Assembly (NCBI RefSeq): GCF_001194135.2 | Contig: NC_069002.1 | Coordinates: 3,345,120 to 3,409,119 of the forward strand | Length of the DNA: 64,000 nucleotides | Reading direction: 5' to 3' | Source: Octopus bimaculoides | Taxonomy: Eukaryota | Shown here: in pieces, positions 50,033 to 62,467 of the stretch | How the letters are laid out: every line of letters begins with the position of its first letter | How positions within the stretch are numbered: the stretch's first letter is position 1 | The notes under the pieces: model-generated | The model's database searches: none | Told to the model about the DNA's origin: nothing | What the model saw: only the letters and a program-made list of their open reading frames with translations | Translations under genes and position numbers: made by a program

Positions 50033-53000
50033 GTATATAATATTTCTATATAATGTAATGTATTATGTAAAACGTGTATAAAATGCATATAATACGCGTA
50101 TGTGTGTGTAATTATCTGTTCTGTGTAGTTTACACATCTAATATACTAGAACCAACATAATTTCTGTGTGTGTGTGTGCGCACCTGAACACTATACAACA
50201 ATTTCTTTCATATTTCGTATTCTATATATAAATTTCGAGGCTCTTACTGGGAGAAGGTTAAAGCACATTTGTCAAGAACATGTCTGAAGAACGAACACTA
50301 CACACACACACACACATACACACACACGCACGCACACATACATTCTGAAGTCTTTTAGTTGTTTATTTTAATGTTTAAGAATTCCAACACTTTCTTCTTC
50401 TGCTGCTCTCTTCTTCTGCTGCTCTCTTCTTCCGTCACTCGTGTCTGTTCTCTCTTGTACTCCACGACCCTCTTTCAGCTTCCATTCGTCTTCCTCACAT
50501 CATCAGTTCACCGACCTACAAACCAACAACCATCCTATTTCGAGCTCGGTTCTCTTTCCACCTTTTCCTTCCTTCACTCTTATTTTTACACTCCATCAAC
50601 TTCTTCTTTTTCTTCTTCTTCTTCTTGCCAGCTTGGCATATATGAATGAAACGTCTATTCTACTTTCGACATTGTCCCTTATAGTCCGATGTATAACAAC
50701 AGAGAGAAGGGTGCCTCGATCAATCCGATATCATGTCACCCCTCCTCTCTGGGGATGCTATCTATATCGTGTGTTCTAATAATTTTCCCCCCATTCATTC
50801 GATTCCTATGTAAGGTCTTTATTATTATTATTTTCTTTTTGCGTAATTCTTCCTTTTAAACTTATACACAAGACATATTTCCCTTGCATCACACACACAC
50901 ACAAATAGATAGATAATACACATTAGCATTTGTTTTTCAACCACGGGAATATTTTGGAATGTATAACAGGAAAGACTTTATATTAACTCAGAACGTGTGA
51001 AACGAGTTAATTAAAAATCCGTAAACAAAGTTTGGACGTTTAAGGACAAACTTATGAAAATACTTTGGACCGGCAAAAGGTCAACGAATGTCTCTGCATC
51101 TGAGACGAAACATTACGTTCTTAGTTCAAATCCTGCCGTGGTAATTTTTGCCATTTCATTCTTCCGGGGGCAAGATACAAAATTACGTAAGCCAACAAAC
51201 AACTGGAGTGGATTGTATCGACCGTGGCTTTGTACCATGCTAGAAACTACTGTTGGACTGGAATGCGCGACCAGCCACGTTCTGAATTCACTTCCCTTCC
51301 AAGTTGACCTTGTTCAACCCTTTCTGAATCTAAGAGATAGGGAAGGTCGATGGAATATTATAAATACCATTCTCTTTATGTGGTCATTGCAATTGATTCT
51401 GTCTCTTTTTATAGAAGTAAATAATTAAATAACATTTGGTCCCTCTTGTTTCTTAAGGAATAAATCATTATTGATTTGATCTCCTGAGGAGAAAAAAAAA
51501 AAGAAGATACAGACGTTACATAATCGCCATTTAAACTCACTCCACATCTAAAAACTTTCGGCCTGTCTAAAGAAACGGCTCACAATTTCTATCCCTTTCG
51601 TTTTATTTACGTTCTTATATATTATCGATTAATATATTTATTAATATTATTGATTAATATGAGAAAGCTTGAACATTGCAACTCTAGCTCTATATTATTA
51701 ACCGTTTGAATGCGGAGGGGAGTCAATGAAGAAATTTCGACTGCCGTCCATTAATTTTTATTTTTTCTTCTNNNNNNNNNNNNNNNNNNNNNNNNNNNNN
51801 NNNNNNNNNNNNNNNNNNNNNNNNNNNNNNNNNNNNNNNNNNNNNNNNNNNNNNNNNNNNNNNNNNNNNNNNNNNNNNNNNNNNNNNNNNNNNNNNNNNN
51901 NNNNNNNNNNNNNNNNNNNNNNNNNNNNNNNNNNNNNNNNNNNNNNNNNNNNNNNNNNNNNNNNNNNNNNNNNNNNNNNNNNNNNNNNNNNNNNNNNNNN
52001 NNNNNNNNNNNNNNNNNNNNNNNNNNNNNNNNNNNNNNNNNNNNNNNNNNNNNNNNNNNNNNNNNNNNNNNNNNNNNNNNNNNNNNNNNNNNNNNNNNNN
52101 NNNNNNNNNNNNNNNNNNNNNNNNNNNNNNNNNNNNNNNNNNNNNNNNNNNNNNNNNNNNNNNNNNNNNNNNNNNNNNNNNNNNNNNNNNNNNNNNNNNN
52201 NNNNNNNNNNNNNNNNNNNNNNNNNNNNNNNNNNNNNNNNNNNNNNNNNNNNNNNNNNNNNNNNNNNNNNNNNNNNNNNNNNNNNNNNNNNNNNNNNNNN
52301 NNNNNNNNNNNNNNNNNNNNNNNNNNNNNNNNNNNNNNNNNNNNNNNNNNNNNNNNNNNNNNNNNNTAGGCATATGGTTGGGAGAAATACAAATTTTTCG
52401 ATATTTTCCGATTTTTAAAAATTAAACGGCCAGCGGTAATTAAAGTATCTATAATGTTATAAACATGTTAGAAATATTAATTAATTGAAGTAGCAAGACA
52501 GCTGTAGTCTTTTTAGCTTCGATCGGCTGGAAATGAGCTGAGAGCTCGTTGAAGCCGCCCTTCTCATAAATTAATAAGTCATTTTGTTTCCTCAGTTAAT
52601 CTCGTTATTTGCTGTTGTTGTTGCGCAGCCACACACCCTTTCCACTCAGACCTCCGATCAAAGTCGTTCCAATTACGACCATTCCTTTTTTTTTTTTTCG
52701 TTTAGTTTTTGTTCTCCCTTACACAACAGGATGTGAATCTCCATGCTATCTCTGATCGAGCGACCAGGCAGACAGAGGTTCCGCTTTTGTGAGTGTGTGT
52801 GTGTGTGTGTATGTTTCAGGACAGTGGGCTACAAATGAGTGAAACCAAATTAATAATAATGATTTCTTTATCGATCACAAAAGGGTTTACATCCAGAAAA
52901 ATCATTATGGACTATAACATGTGACTATGAGGTAAAAAGTTTGCTTCCCAACCTCATGGTTCTGGGTTCAGTCCTTGAACTCAGAATGCAAGGGTGGATG

Positions 53001-53599
53001 AAATACGGCTAAGCATTTTGCCTGGCATGCTACTGATTCTGCCAGCATGCCACCTTCATAATAATAATGGTAATGATTATATATTATGGCCTAATGTACT
53101 AATGATTTCTTTATTAGCTACAAAGGTTGTCTGTGTCTTATAAAGACGTCATCCAGTAGCTTTCTAAAAATGGAGGTGTTGTAAAAAAAAAAAAAGAAAA
53201 TCTGTAATTACAGCACGAAACATATCTAAGGGTGTAAAGTTACATACTTGGGAGTAAGTTTATTAATAATGACAAAAATCTCTGTTGTAATTGAGACCAG
53301 TCTCTCTCTCTCTCTCATCTTGCTGTCTCTTTTAATGCCAACCAGACCGCAATAGAGAACCACCCACTTATAGAAATTGTCTCTTTCATCTTTCTATACC
53401 GAAACGCAAGGCTTTTGTTTCGGGGTTAAATAATAATTATCACAACTTTTTTCTTTTTCTCTCCATTTAATTGTCTTACTCCTTCCAATAGCTTCAGGCC
53501 ATGTGTAAGGAATTCCACAGTTTATAACTCTTACTTTTTTGCTTCCATTTTTTTTGCATCTGTATGGGTGGTCATGTGTTTGCTTGGAAATGTGTGTGA

Positions 53600-53633
<34 letters not shown>

Positions 53634-53642
53634 ATAGAAAGG

Positions 53643-53719
53643 ATTGAGGTAACTCCTCCTGAAGATATAGTCAAAATTAAAAATTTTGACTCTATATCTT
53701 CAGGAGGAGTTACCTCAAT
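53643..53719. repeat. 77-nt near-perfect hairpin in ALAD intron 1, abutting an N gap
   Basis: Arm 53643-53678 is the reverse complement of 53682-53719 except for a 2-nt bulge. The loop is 3 nt (aaa). Confidence 0.95.
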
Positions 53720-55041
53720 NNNNNNNNNNNNNNNNNNNNNNNNNNNNNNNNNNNNNNNNNNNNNNNNNNNNNNNNNNNNNNNNNNNNNNNNNNNNNNNNN
53801 NNNNNNNNNNNNNNNNNNNNNNNNNNNNNNNNNNNNNNNNNNNNNNNNNNNNNNNNNNNNNNNNNNNNNNNNNNNNNNNNNNNNNNNNNNNNNNNNNNNN
53901 NNNNNNNNNNNNNNNNNNNNNNNNNNNNNNNNNNNNNNNNNNNNNNNNNNNNNNNNNNNNNNNNNNNNNNNNNNNNNNNNNNNNNNNNNNNNNNNNNNNN
54001 NNNNNNNNNNNNNNNNNNNNNNNNNNNNNNNNNNNNNNNNNNNNNNNNNNNNNNNNNNNNNNNNNNNNNNNNNNNNNNNNNNNNNNNNNNNNNNNNNNNN
54101 NNNNNNNNNNNNNNNNNNNNNNNNNNNNNNNNNNNNNNNNNNNNNNNNNNNNNNNNNNNNNNNNNNNNNNNNNNNNNNNNNNNNNNNNNNNNNNNNNNNN
54201 NNNNNNNNNNNNNNNNNNNNNNNNNNNNNNNNNNNNNNNNNNNNNNNNNNNNNNNNNNNNNNNNNNNNNNNNNNNNNNNNNNNNNNNNNNNNNNNNNNNN
54301 NNNNNNNNNNNNNNNNNNNNNNNNNNNNNNNNNNNNNNNNNNNNNNNNNNNNNNNNNNNNNNNNNAGGGATTTTTTGTAAATTACCCATAGGCCCTGGCT
54401 TGAAAGTCCTCCGGAGAAGACCAGCTCATTGATCCCTCTCGATGCCCAGAGTGTCATTAAAGATGTTGTTGCTCTTGCCCACCAGAAGGCAAAAGAGATA
54501 GTATGGTGGATGAGATTGAAAGGACTTTGGTCGAGCCCTAAAAGGAAAGTGAGGTGGGAGAGAGAAGTACTCCCCCCCCAATACACACAAGCATACGTGC
54601 ACACATAGATACATGCACACATACTTGCATACATACACACAAATATGCGTGCATGCATACACATACATACATACATACTCATACATAGGCTCACACATAC
54701 ACACATGCACAAACACACACATACATAACGTTTCATTCAGTTTGTCTGCTAAACCCATTCCGAAAGCTTTCGTTGGCCCAGGGCTACAGCAGAAAGCTCT
54801 TTCGCAAAGTAGGACTGAACCTGAAACCATGGCTGTTGCAAAGCCAGCCTCTTAACCACACAACCAAGTCTGCACCTTCCTTAGAAATCTCACTCCCTTC
54901 TCTTTTCCCTCTCTCACCCCACTCTCTATGCCCATATTTAGATCACAGTGAACTAAGTATATTAGGTTAGAGATTAACATAGTCTCTACTGTCCTTCCTC
55001 TGCCCCACCCTCTCCAGTTTAATTGACCTAGTGAGGAAGAT

Positions 55042-55072
<31 letters not shown>

Positions 55073-55472
55073 NNNNNNNNNNTGGTAGATAAATTCATTC
55101 TAAAAATAGTTGGACCTCTTCACTTAACTCATTATTAAGACTATTACTGCTCTGTTTGTGATGAGGAGTGAGTGACCCTTGCTTAACTACATTCCACTTG
55201 TGGCTCATGGAGCAGCAATGGCAGTGGTTGTGGTGCTTATTGTTCTATTCGAGGAGGAGGAGATCGAGAGAGAGGTTATAGTAAAGGGGAGTGGGGTGGG
55301 GTGGGGGAGCTTTTATGTGGCTCTTTTTCTCCTTTTTGTTTCCCAATTTGTTTTTTTTTTTTCTGCTTTGTCAAAAATACACCCACATGCATAAATACAT
55401 GTGTACACGCATGCGTATGCACATAGACATTCATACTCTGTTATTCTTCAGATTTACATAGTTCTCTATTAT

Positions 55473-55517
<45 letters not shown>

Positions 55518-56402
55518 TCTTTGGGGCTATTTGTCCAGAGAAAGATAGTTAGGCCACTTGGATTGTCCTGATTATATATATATATTAATATGTAAATTTG
55601 TTTTGCAAGATTTTTTATGTGAAATTGTGTGTTGAAACANNNNNNNNNNTGATTATATATATATATTAATATGTAAATTTGTTTTGCAAGATTTTTTTAT
55701 GTGAAATTGTGTGTTGAAACAGATGTTGTTGTACTTGGGGATGGTCATATTGCCAGTTTAGCCAATAAAAACACACGCACTGTATATTTGGTGTTAATTT
55801 GCTTCAGCTTTATATTACATTACATTACACAGGATTAATCTGCTACATTTTGTACCCTTTCTTTTCTTTTATCTTTTTTTTTTTTTGCCACCTTGCAATT
55901 TTGTTACATAAGCAATCCGTACAATTTGCCTCTTCACACAGAAAGAAGATCTCTTTGTTACTAGCAGAGCAAGCAGTTGCTCTCTCCTCCTCCCAGCCTG
56001 CACCACCACCACCGTTGCTAATTAGGTCACCTCATTTACAGGAACCTCTCAACTAATTCTAGTGAGCCTTCTGGGCATTTGTAAAAATAAAATTGCTTTC
56101 ATGGGGCAGGGTTTTACTGTCCACTATTCTTGTGCATCTGCTGCATACAAGATCCTTCTTCTTTTAACCCCTAAAGCGCTGGGATTTGCACTCACATAGC
56201 ATCGACTGCTGCGCACTACTGCGTATGATTGACTAAACCCATAAAATTAGTGCTCCAGCCTGACCACAGTTCAGTAATTAAAACCAGTAAAAATGTGTGT
56301 GGAAGAAATAACCAACAACAACAAAATACAAAAAAAAAAAAAAATCCCCACAAATGTTTTTGTTCTTGTAATGTTTGTTGTTGCTGTTCTTGTTATCTGC
56401 AG

Positions 56403-56550
56403 AGATGGAGAAGATACAGAGGATCCAATTCCAAGCATGCCAAACCAGTGCCGATATGGTGTAAAAAGACTAAAAGCTGTTCTACAGCCTCTCATTGATA
56501 AAGGTCTTCAGGCTGTATTAATATTCGGAGTACCAAGTAATTTACCTAAG
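56403..56550 (+). CDS. ALAD: ALAD coding exon 2 (148 nt)
   Basis: Acceptor tatctgcag and donor gtaagg. Encodes DGEDTEDPIPSMPNQCRYGVKRLKAVLQPLIDKGLQAVLIFGVPSNLPK. Confidence 0.95.
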
Positions 56551-57116
56551 GTAAGGGGTCAGTTTTGTTCCATCATCATTGTCGTTGCCATCATCATATG
56601 TATGAGATAGAGGGCATTGGGGCAGCTTTTCTGTGGATAAATGCCTTTCCTGTTGCCAAAGAATATTGGAGATGAAGGCCCCTGCTCGTATGACACGGTC
56701 ACACCTTCACCTGTTTCCAAGCAAGGTAACATTTCCTCATGACCAGATATGTTTCATAGAATATTGGGAATGAACAACACTGCTTGCACGATGGAGACAT
56801 TCGTTTACAAATATCATGCAATGTCAAGGCATTGTGATAATAACACACGCACACACATACACGATGGGCTTCTTTCAGTTTCCATCTACCAAATTCATTC
56901 ACCAGTCATTAGCTGGCTTGGGTCTATAGCAGAAGACACTTTCCTTAGATGCCATGCTGTGGGATGAAACCAAGAACCATATGGTTGGGAAGCAAACTTC
57001 TTACCACACAGCCATGAACATCAAAACATCCACTTTCTCTCTTTCCTCATTGCTTTTGTATATCAAAAAAACAAACCCACTTTCATTTTGTCTCTCTCTC
57101 TCTTCTTTTTCTCTAG

Positions 57117-57252
57117 GATAACATCGGGAAGAGTGCCACATCACCAAACACACCAGTAATTATTGCTCTAGAACATCTGCGGAGATGGTTCCCACGTCTG
57201 CTGCTTATCTGTGATGTCTGTCTTTGTGCCTACACCTGTCATGGTCATTGTG
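57117..57252 (+). CDS. ALAD: ALAD coding exon 3 (136 nt), carrying the catalytic Zn-binding Cys triad
   Basis: Encodes DNIGKSATSPNTPVIIALEHLRRWFPRLLLICDVCLCAYTCHGHC(G). The DVCLC.YT.HGHC motif is intact. AG and GT boundaries are present. Confidence 0.97.
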
Positions 57253-58112
57253 GTGAGTCTCATCTGTCATTTATTAGTCGACCCAAAGATCAGGTACCCG
57301 AGATGTATCCAGGGTACCACCCAAAGTTTGTCATAATTTTTGAACTGTCCCTCAGCTACTAATTATTTTCCTTCATCACCATTTCTCATCCCTTTTGTCA
57401 TGTTGGCAGAGGTTTGATGGCTTCACATGAAATGACAAGCCAGAGGGCTGCACCAAGCTCTGGTGTCTCTTTTGGCAGGGTTTCCATAGTTGGATGCCCT
57501 TCCTAACCCCCAACCACTTCAGATTTTGTTTCGGTCATTGGATTGGGGCCATGCTGGGTACCTACTACTTTGAAGGGTTTAATTAAATAAATCAACCACG
57601 AGACTTATTCTATCAGGTTCTTTTGCCAAATTGATGTTATGAGGACATAAACAAACCATTCCCAGTTGTCAAGTGATAGTAAAGTGTTAAAGTTACCATG
57701 CCGACTCATAAGGTCCAGTTTCATGGCGCATATATTCTGCACCTGGACAGGACACCAGTCTGCTGCAAGAGTGCTCATTTTTGCCAGCAGAGTGGACTGG
57801 AGCAACGTAAAATAAAGTGTTTTGCTCAAGGACACGTGTTGCCCAGTCCAGGAACTGAACCTGCTCAGAATCAAACTCACTACGTCATATATATATATAT
57901 ATATATATATACATACNNNNNNNNNNNNNNNNNNNNNNNNNNNNNNNNNNNNNNNNNNNNNNNNNNNNNNNNNNNNNNNNNNNNNNNCCCACACACACAC
58001 ACATACATGTTCTCTTTGGTTGGAAATGTTTTGTGTAGCATCAAATATTATGAAGAACTCTTTCATTCTATGTCTTCATCAGCCTTTTTTTTTATTATTT
58101 TCTTCTCCTCAG

Positions 58113-58196
58113 GGGTCCTCAACAAAGATGGTTCTATCAATAATGCTGAATCCATTAAACGATTATCGGAGATTGCTGTTACATATGCTAAAGCAG
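58113..58196 (+). CDS. ALAD: ALAD coding exon 4 (84 nt)
   Basis: Acceptor ctcctcag and donor gtaaag. Encodes VLNKDGSINNAESIKRLSEIAVTYAKA(G). Confidence 0.96.
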
Positions 58197-58362
58197 GTAA
58201 AGTTTTAACCCTTTCTCAACCTTGTTAACATTCTTCTTACACCCACCTGGTCACTCATTTGCACTCCTTCATTCAACACATTCTCTCATTACACCTTTAA
58301 TGAAGAATGTTCACCTCTTTCCTATCCAACCTTTTGACATCATTATTGTTATTTTATAATCA

Positions 58363-58466
58363 CTGTTAACGTCATTATCGTTATTTTATTATTGCTGTTA
58401 ACGTCATTATCGTTATTTTATTATTGCTGTTAACGTCATCATCGTTATTTTATTATTGCTGTTAAC
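58363..58466. repeat. 32-bp minisatellite, 3+ copies
   Basis: Unit ctgttaacgtcattatcgttattttattattg starts at 58363, 58395, 58427 and (partially) 58459. Confidence 0.92.
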
Positions 58467-59037
58467 ATCCACTTTGCCATGCCAGTATGAGTTGGAGAGA
58501 GTTCATTGAGGCAGATTTTCAACAATTGGATGCCTGCCCTCTCCTGTTGCCAACACTTACCTGTTTTCAAAACAAGGTGATATTTCCCTGTGGCCAGGCA
58601 TGGTTTTTTTTGCAGAATATTAAAAACAAATACCAGTGACGTTCATTTCTAACGATCACCTAATGCCAAGGCAAGGGAGGCTCAAACATACACTCACATG
58701 CATATAAACATATGTATATACATGCATTTATACACACACACACACACATATAATATACACACATGCACACACACATATATACACGTATATAATACACACA
58801 AACACATAATATACATGCACACACCCACACACAAATTATGTTTTACGTGTGCAGCACTGTTGCACCTAAAACCATTTGGTTAGGAAGCAGACCTCCTAAG
58901 TACCCAACCATGTCTGCAGCATCTATAGAATGCTAGAGATACTGTGATAATCTTCGACTGTTTCATGTAAAGGAAACAATGAAAACTGAATTTTCGTTTT
59001 GTCTTCAAAATCTATTTCACTGTTTTGTATTATTTAA

Positions 59038-59193
<156 letters not shown>

Positions 59194-59949
59194 TAAGTAA
59201 GACTTATTTAAACGAGCCATATATGGCCCAAATCTTTTCTACTCGGTGTATGTTCAAACTGGCCAGATCAGGCCTCTCACACCTACCCTACAGTGTCATT
59301 CTAAAAATAAACAATGACATCATCATCAAAATCTCAAAATTATGAAATAATGCATGATTAATTCAAAACAATGGTTGAAGTCTCAATATTGGAATCTTGG
59401 TATACCTTTCCCTATTTGGATAGAGATATATATATATATATATAGAGAGAGAAAGAGACAACCACACACTGGGCTTCTTTCAGTTTCCGTCTATCAAATC
59501 TACTCACAAGGCTTTTGTCTTTTGTCAGTCTGGAGCTATAGCAGAAATCACTTGCTCAAGGTGCTTGGCAGTGGTACTGAACCCAGAACCATGTGGTCGG
59601 GAAGCAAACTTCTTACCACATACCCACATCTGCACCTGTTGTGTGTGTGTGTGTGTGTATAATTGTGAGTGTGTGTGGGTTAACTTTTGCTAAATACTTA
59701 TTGTTGTAGAATGTAAGCCTTAGTGAGGAAGCTGAGAATAAAAAGACTCTGTGTAGTCCAGTTCCTTTATGTCCAGTTAGCCACTTCCTAGTCACTCTCT
59801 TCCTTAGAGATTGGCTCATTGGAATCTCTGTTACCAAAATACATGTCTCCCTCACCCACCCCAAACCTCCCCCACATCTCCAGCGATGTCCTTTTTTGTC
59901 AAAAGACTCCCGTCATCACCATTCTCATTGCTGTCTCTCTTCATTACAG

Positions 59950-60037
59950 AGATGCTGCCCGGTCTGCTCCGTCTTTTGGTGACCGACAAAGTTACCAGTT
60001 ACCCCCTGGTGCCCTCGGACTTGCTGACAGAGCTGTT
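59950..60037 (+). CDS. ALAD: ALAD coding exon 6 (88 nt)
   Basis: Encodes [29 protein letters not shown], with donor gtaagt. Confidence 0.97.
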
Positions 60038-60179
60038 GTAAGTATAGTCTCTCTCTACTCCTTCATGTTTGTCTCTTTGTCTTGCTTTTCCATCCCATCT
60101 CTCTCTCTCTCTCTCTACTCGTTTCTATCTTTCTCTTTTCAATTTTCTCTTCCCCAACTCGTGTTTTGACTGTGTCTCT

Positions 60180-60425
60180 CTCTCTACTTCTTTGTCTTCC
60201 TCTCTCTAGTCTTTCTCTTTCTCTCTACTTCTTTGTCTTCCTCTCTCTAGTCTTTCTCTTTCTCTCTACTTCTTTGTCTTCCTCTCTCTAGTCTTTCTCT
60301 TTCTCTCTACTTCTTTGTCTTCCTCTCTCTAGTCTTTCTCTTTCTCTCTACTTCTTTGTCTTCCTCTCTCTAGTCTTTCTCTTTCTCTCTACTTCTTTGT
60401 CTTCCTCTCTCTAGTCTTTCTCTTT
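60180..60425. repeat. 41-bp polypyrimidine minisatellite, 6 apparently identical copies
   Basis: Unit ctctctacttctttgtcttcctctctctagtctttctcttt starts at 60180, 60221, 60262, 60303, 60344 and 60385. Confidence 0.95.
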
Positions 60426-60897
60426 CTCTATCGCTACTCATTTCTGTCTCCATCTTGTTTCTGCTTTCTCTACTTCTGTATGTGTCACTACGTCTGTCGT
60501 GCGTAATGGTGAAGAAATAATACCAAAAGCTTTCTCGGCTTTTGTTTTGATCCATAATAACTCTGCAAGCAATATTTCCAAAATTATCAACTCTAATAGG
60601 GACCTCACATCAATACAACAACTGGATTGTGAGACTGGAATAAGCAGGTGAGCATCAAGAAGACACAGCTAGGATTTTGACCTTACTTACATAATAATTA
60701 TCTTGTCTATGAAATCGATTCGCAAGGCTTTGGTCAACCCAGAGCTCTAGTAGAAGCTTAGGGTGCTGTGCTGTGGGAGTGATCCCAAAATCATGTGGTT
60801 GTGAAGCAGTTGCTTTAACCACATGGCCACAATTACACCTCTATATGTGTTTATTCTGTGGGTAATTCTTAAAACCTTTGTCTGTCTGTTTGTCTAG

Positions 60898-60984
60898 GAG
60901 CGTGATATTGAAGAAGGTGCTGATATGATTATGGTGAAACCTGGTTTGCCATATTTAGATGTAGTACAACAAATTCGGTCAAAG
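60898..60984 (+). CDS. ALAD: ALAD coding exon 7 (87 nt), with the Schiff-base Lys (VKPG)
   Basis: Encodes [29 protein letters not shown], with donor gtgagt. Confidence 0.97.
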
Positions 60985-61136
60985 GTGAGTTCTTTCTCTT
61001 CCAGTCTCTTTGTGCATCTTACCTGTCTGTTTGTCTATCCCTCCCTCTTTATATATATTTCTATTTTTTAATCTTTCGTCACTCCCCCCCATCTTATTAT
61101 TATACCACTATATTATTGTTGTTGGTGTTGTTTTAG

Positions 61137-61266
61137 TATCCATCACATCCGTTAGCTGTTTATCAAGTGTCTGGAGAATATTCTATGCTGTATTATGCCG
61201 CTAAGGCAGGAGTCTTTAATCTGAAGCAAGTTGTCTTGGAGACATTAACTGGGATGCGACGTGCAG
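61137..61266 (+). CDS. ALAD: ALAD coding exon 8 (130 nt)
   Basis: Encodes YPSHPLAVYQVSGEYSMLYYAAKAGVFNLKQVVLETLTGMRRA(G), with donor gtaagt. Confidence 0.97.
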
Positions 61267-62396
61267 GTAAGTTTTTTTTTCATTATTATCTTGTTTCTAT
61301 CTTTATAAAATCATATTAGTTTTGGACTTTGTGACTATGATGAGATAGTTTCAAGACTTGTGGAAAAAATGTTCCATTGCCAACCTATCCAATCCTTCTG
61401 CACATTGCCAAACTTTACTGCTACTACTACTGCTACTGCTGCTGCAACCACTAGTGATAATGATGCTATAGCTATTACTCTGGGTGTCTTTATGTCCTTG
61501 TAACATAGCAGCTCAGCAAAAGAGGCCGATAAAATAAGTACTAGGTTTAAGATATAAGTCCTGGGGTCAATTTATTCTACTTAAAACCCTTCAAGGTGGT
61601 GTTCCAGCGTGGTCAGAGTTTAATGGCTGAAACAATTAAACGAATATATATATATATATATATAAAACAAATAATAAATGAGTATATGCATATATACGTA
61701 CAAGTATGTGCATACGTACATCTACCTGTATATATAGGTGCATATCTGGGTACAGGACGTTGCAAACAAAACGTAGACAAAAAAATAATAATAACCAGAG
61801 TACAGAAAACACACAGGCCACATAGAGAACATTTGTATTTGGGGAGGGTCAAATTTGGAGTGAAGAAAGAAATGCAAAGCTGACCTCTGCTGGCGTTGGC
61901 ACGTCTAAATGAAGGGGCATAACTCGATGTTAGCAGATATTTTATGTCAGTGTTCTCTTAACTGACATAGACTACCAACAGCCAATCGTTTCTGCTTTAA
62001 TCATCATCGTCGTTTTAACGTTCACTTTTCCATGCTTGCATGGGTCAGACGGAATTTATTATGGTTTCTACAGCTGGATGCCCTTCCTAATGCTAACCAC
62101 TCCAAGAGCGTAATGAGTGCATTTTACATGCCACCAGCACAGGTTCCAGTTACGAAACACCCACATCGGCCATGACCATGGTCTCACTTGGCTTGACAGG
62201 TCTTCCCAAGCACTGTAATATTACCAAAGATCTCAGTGGTCTCCCCCACTTGTCACTGCCCCTGTGAGGCCCAAACTTCAAACGGTGCTTTTGATGTTTA
62301 CTACTTCAGGTATTCTTTACAGGTGTTGCCATTTCAGTTTCCCTGCTCGTTTATCCTTCTTCACACCTGCTTTGTCATTTTCTCTCTAATTTACAG

Positions 62397-62467
62397 GTGC
62401 TGTGATGTTGATTACGTATTTTGCACCTGACGTCTTAGAGTGGTTATCTGATCCCTGCAAGAAGTGA
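62397..62467 (+). CDS. ALAD: ALAD coding exon 9 (last)
   Basis: Acceptor ctaatttacag; encodes AVMLITYFAPDVLEWLSDPCKK*. Total spliced CDS is 1011 nt = 336 aa plus stop, in frame throughout. Confidence 0.93.

Noticed and set aside
54366-54560. Open + frame ...VALAHQKAKEIVWWMRLKGLWS suggesting a Tx1/L1-type ORF2 C-terminus
   Set aside because: Too short and cut by a gap; the resemblance is not specific enough to call.
53531-54736. Longest ORFs in the track (200-400 aa) containing runs of X
   Set aside because: They stay open only because they cross N gaps (also at 9.9, 17.3, 24.5, 29.8, 31.8, 37.5, 43.0, 44.5, 48.2, 51.8 and 57.9 kb).
55561-55720. ~70-bp direct repeat flanking a 10-N gap
   Set aside because: Same contig-overlap artefact; the copies differ only by one T in a homopolymer.
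56085-56275. Possible intronic H/ACA or C/D snoRNA upstream of ALAD exon 2
   Set aside because: ANANNA-, ACA- and CTGA-like words are present, but I could not build two convincing hairpins or a proper C box. An Infernal/snoReport scan would be needed.
62399-62407. ALAD GAVML instead of the common GADII motif
   Set aside because: The position is not invariant (yeast has GARLI, as recalled), and the frame and the downstream ITY..P..L.WL are intact.
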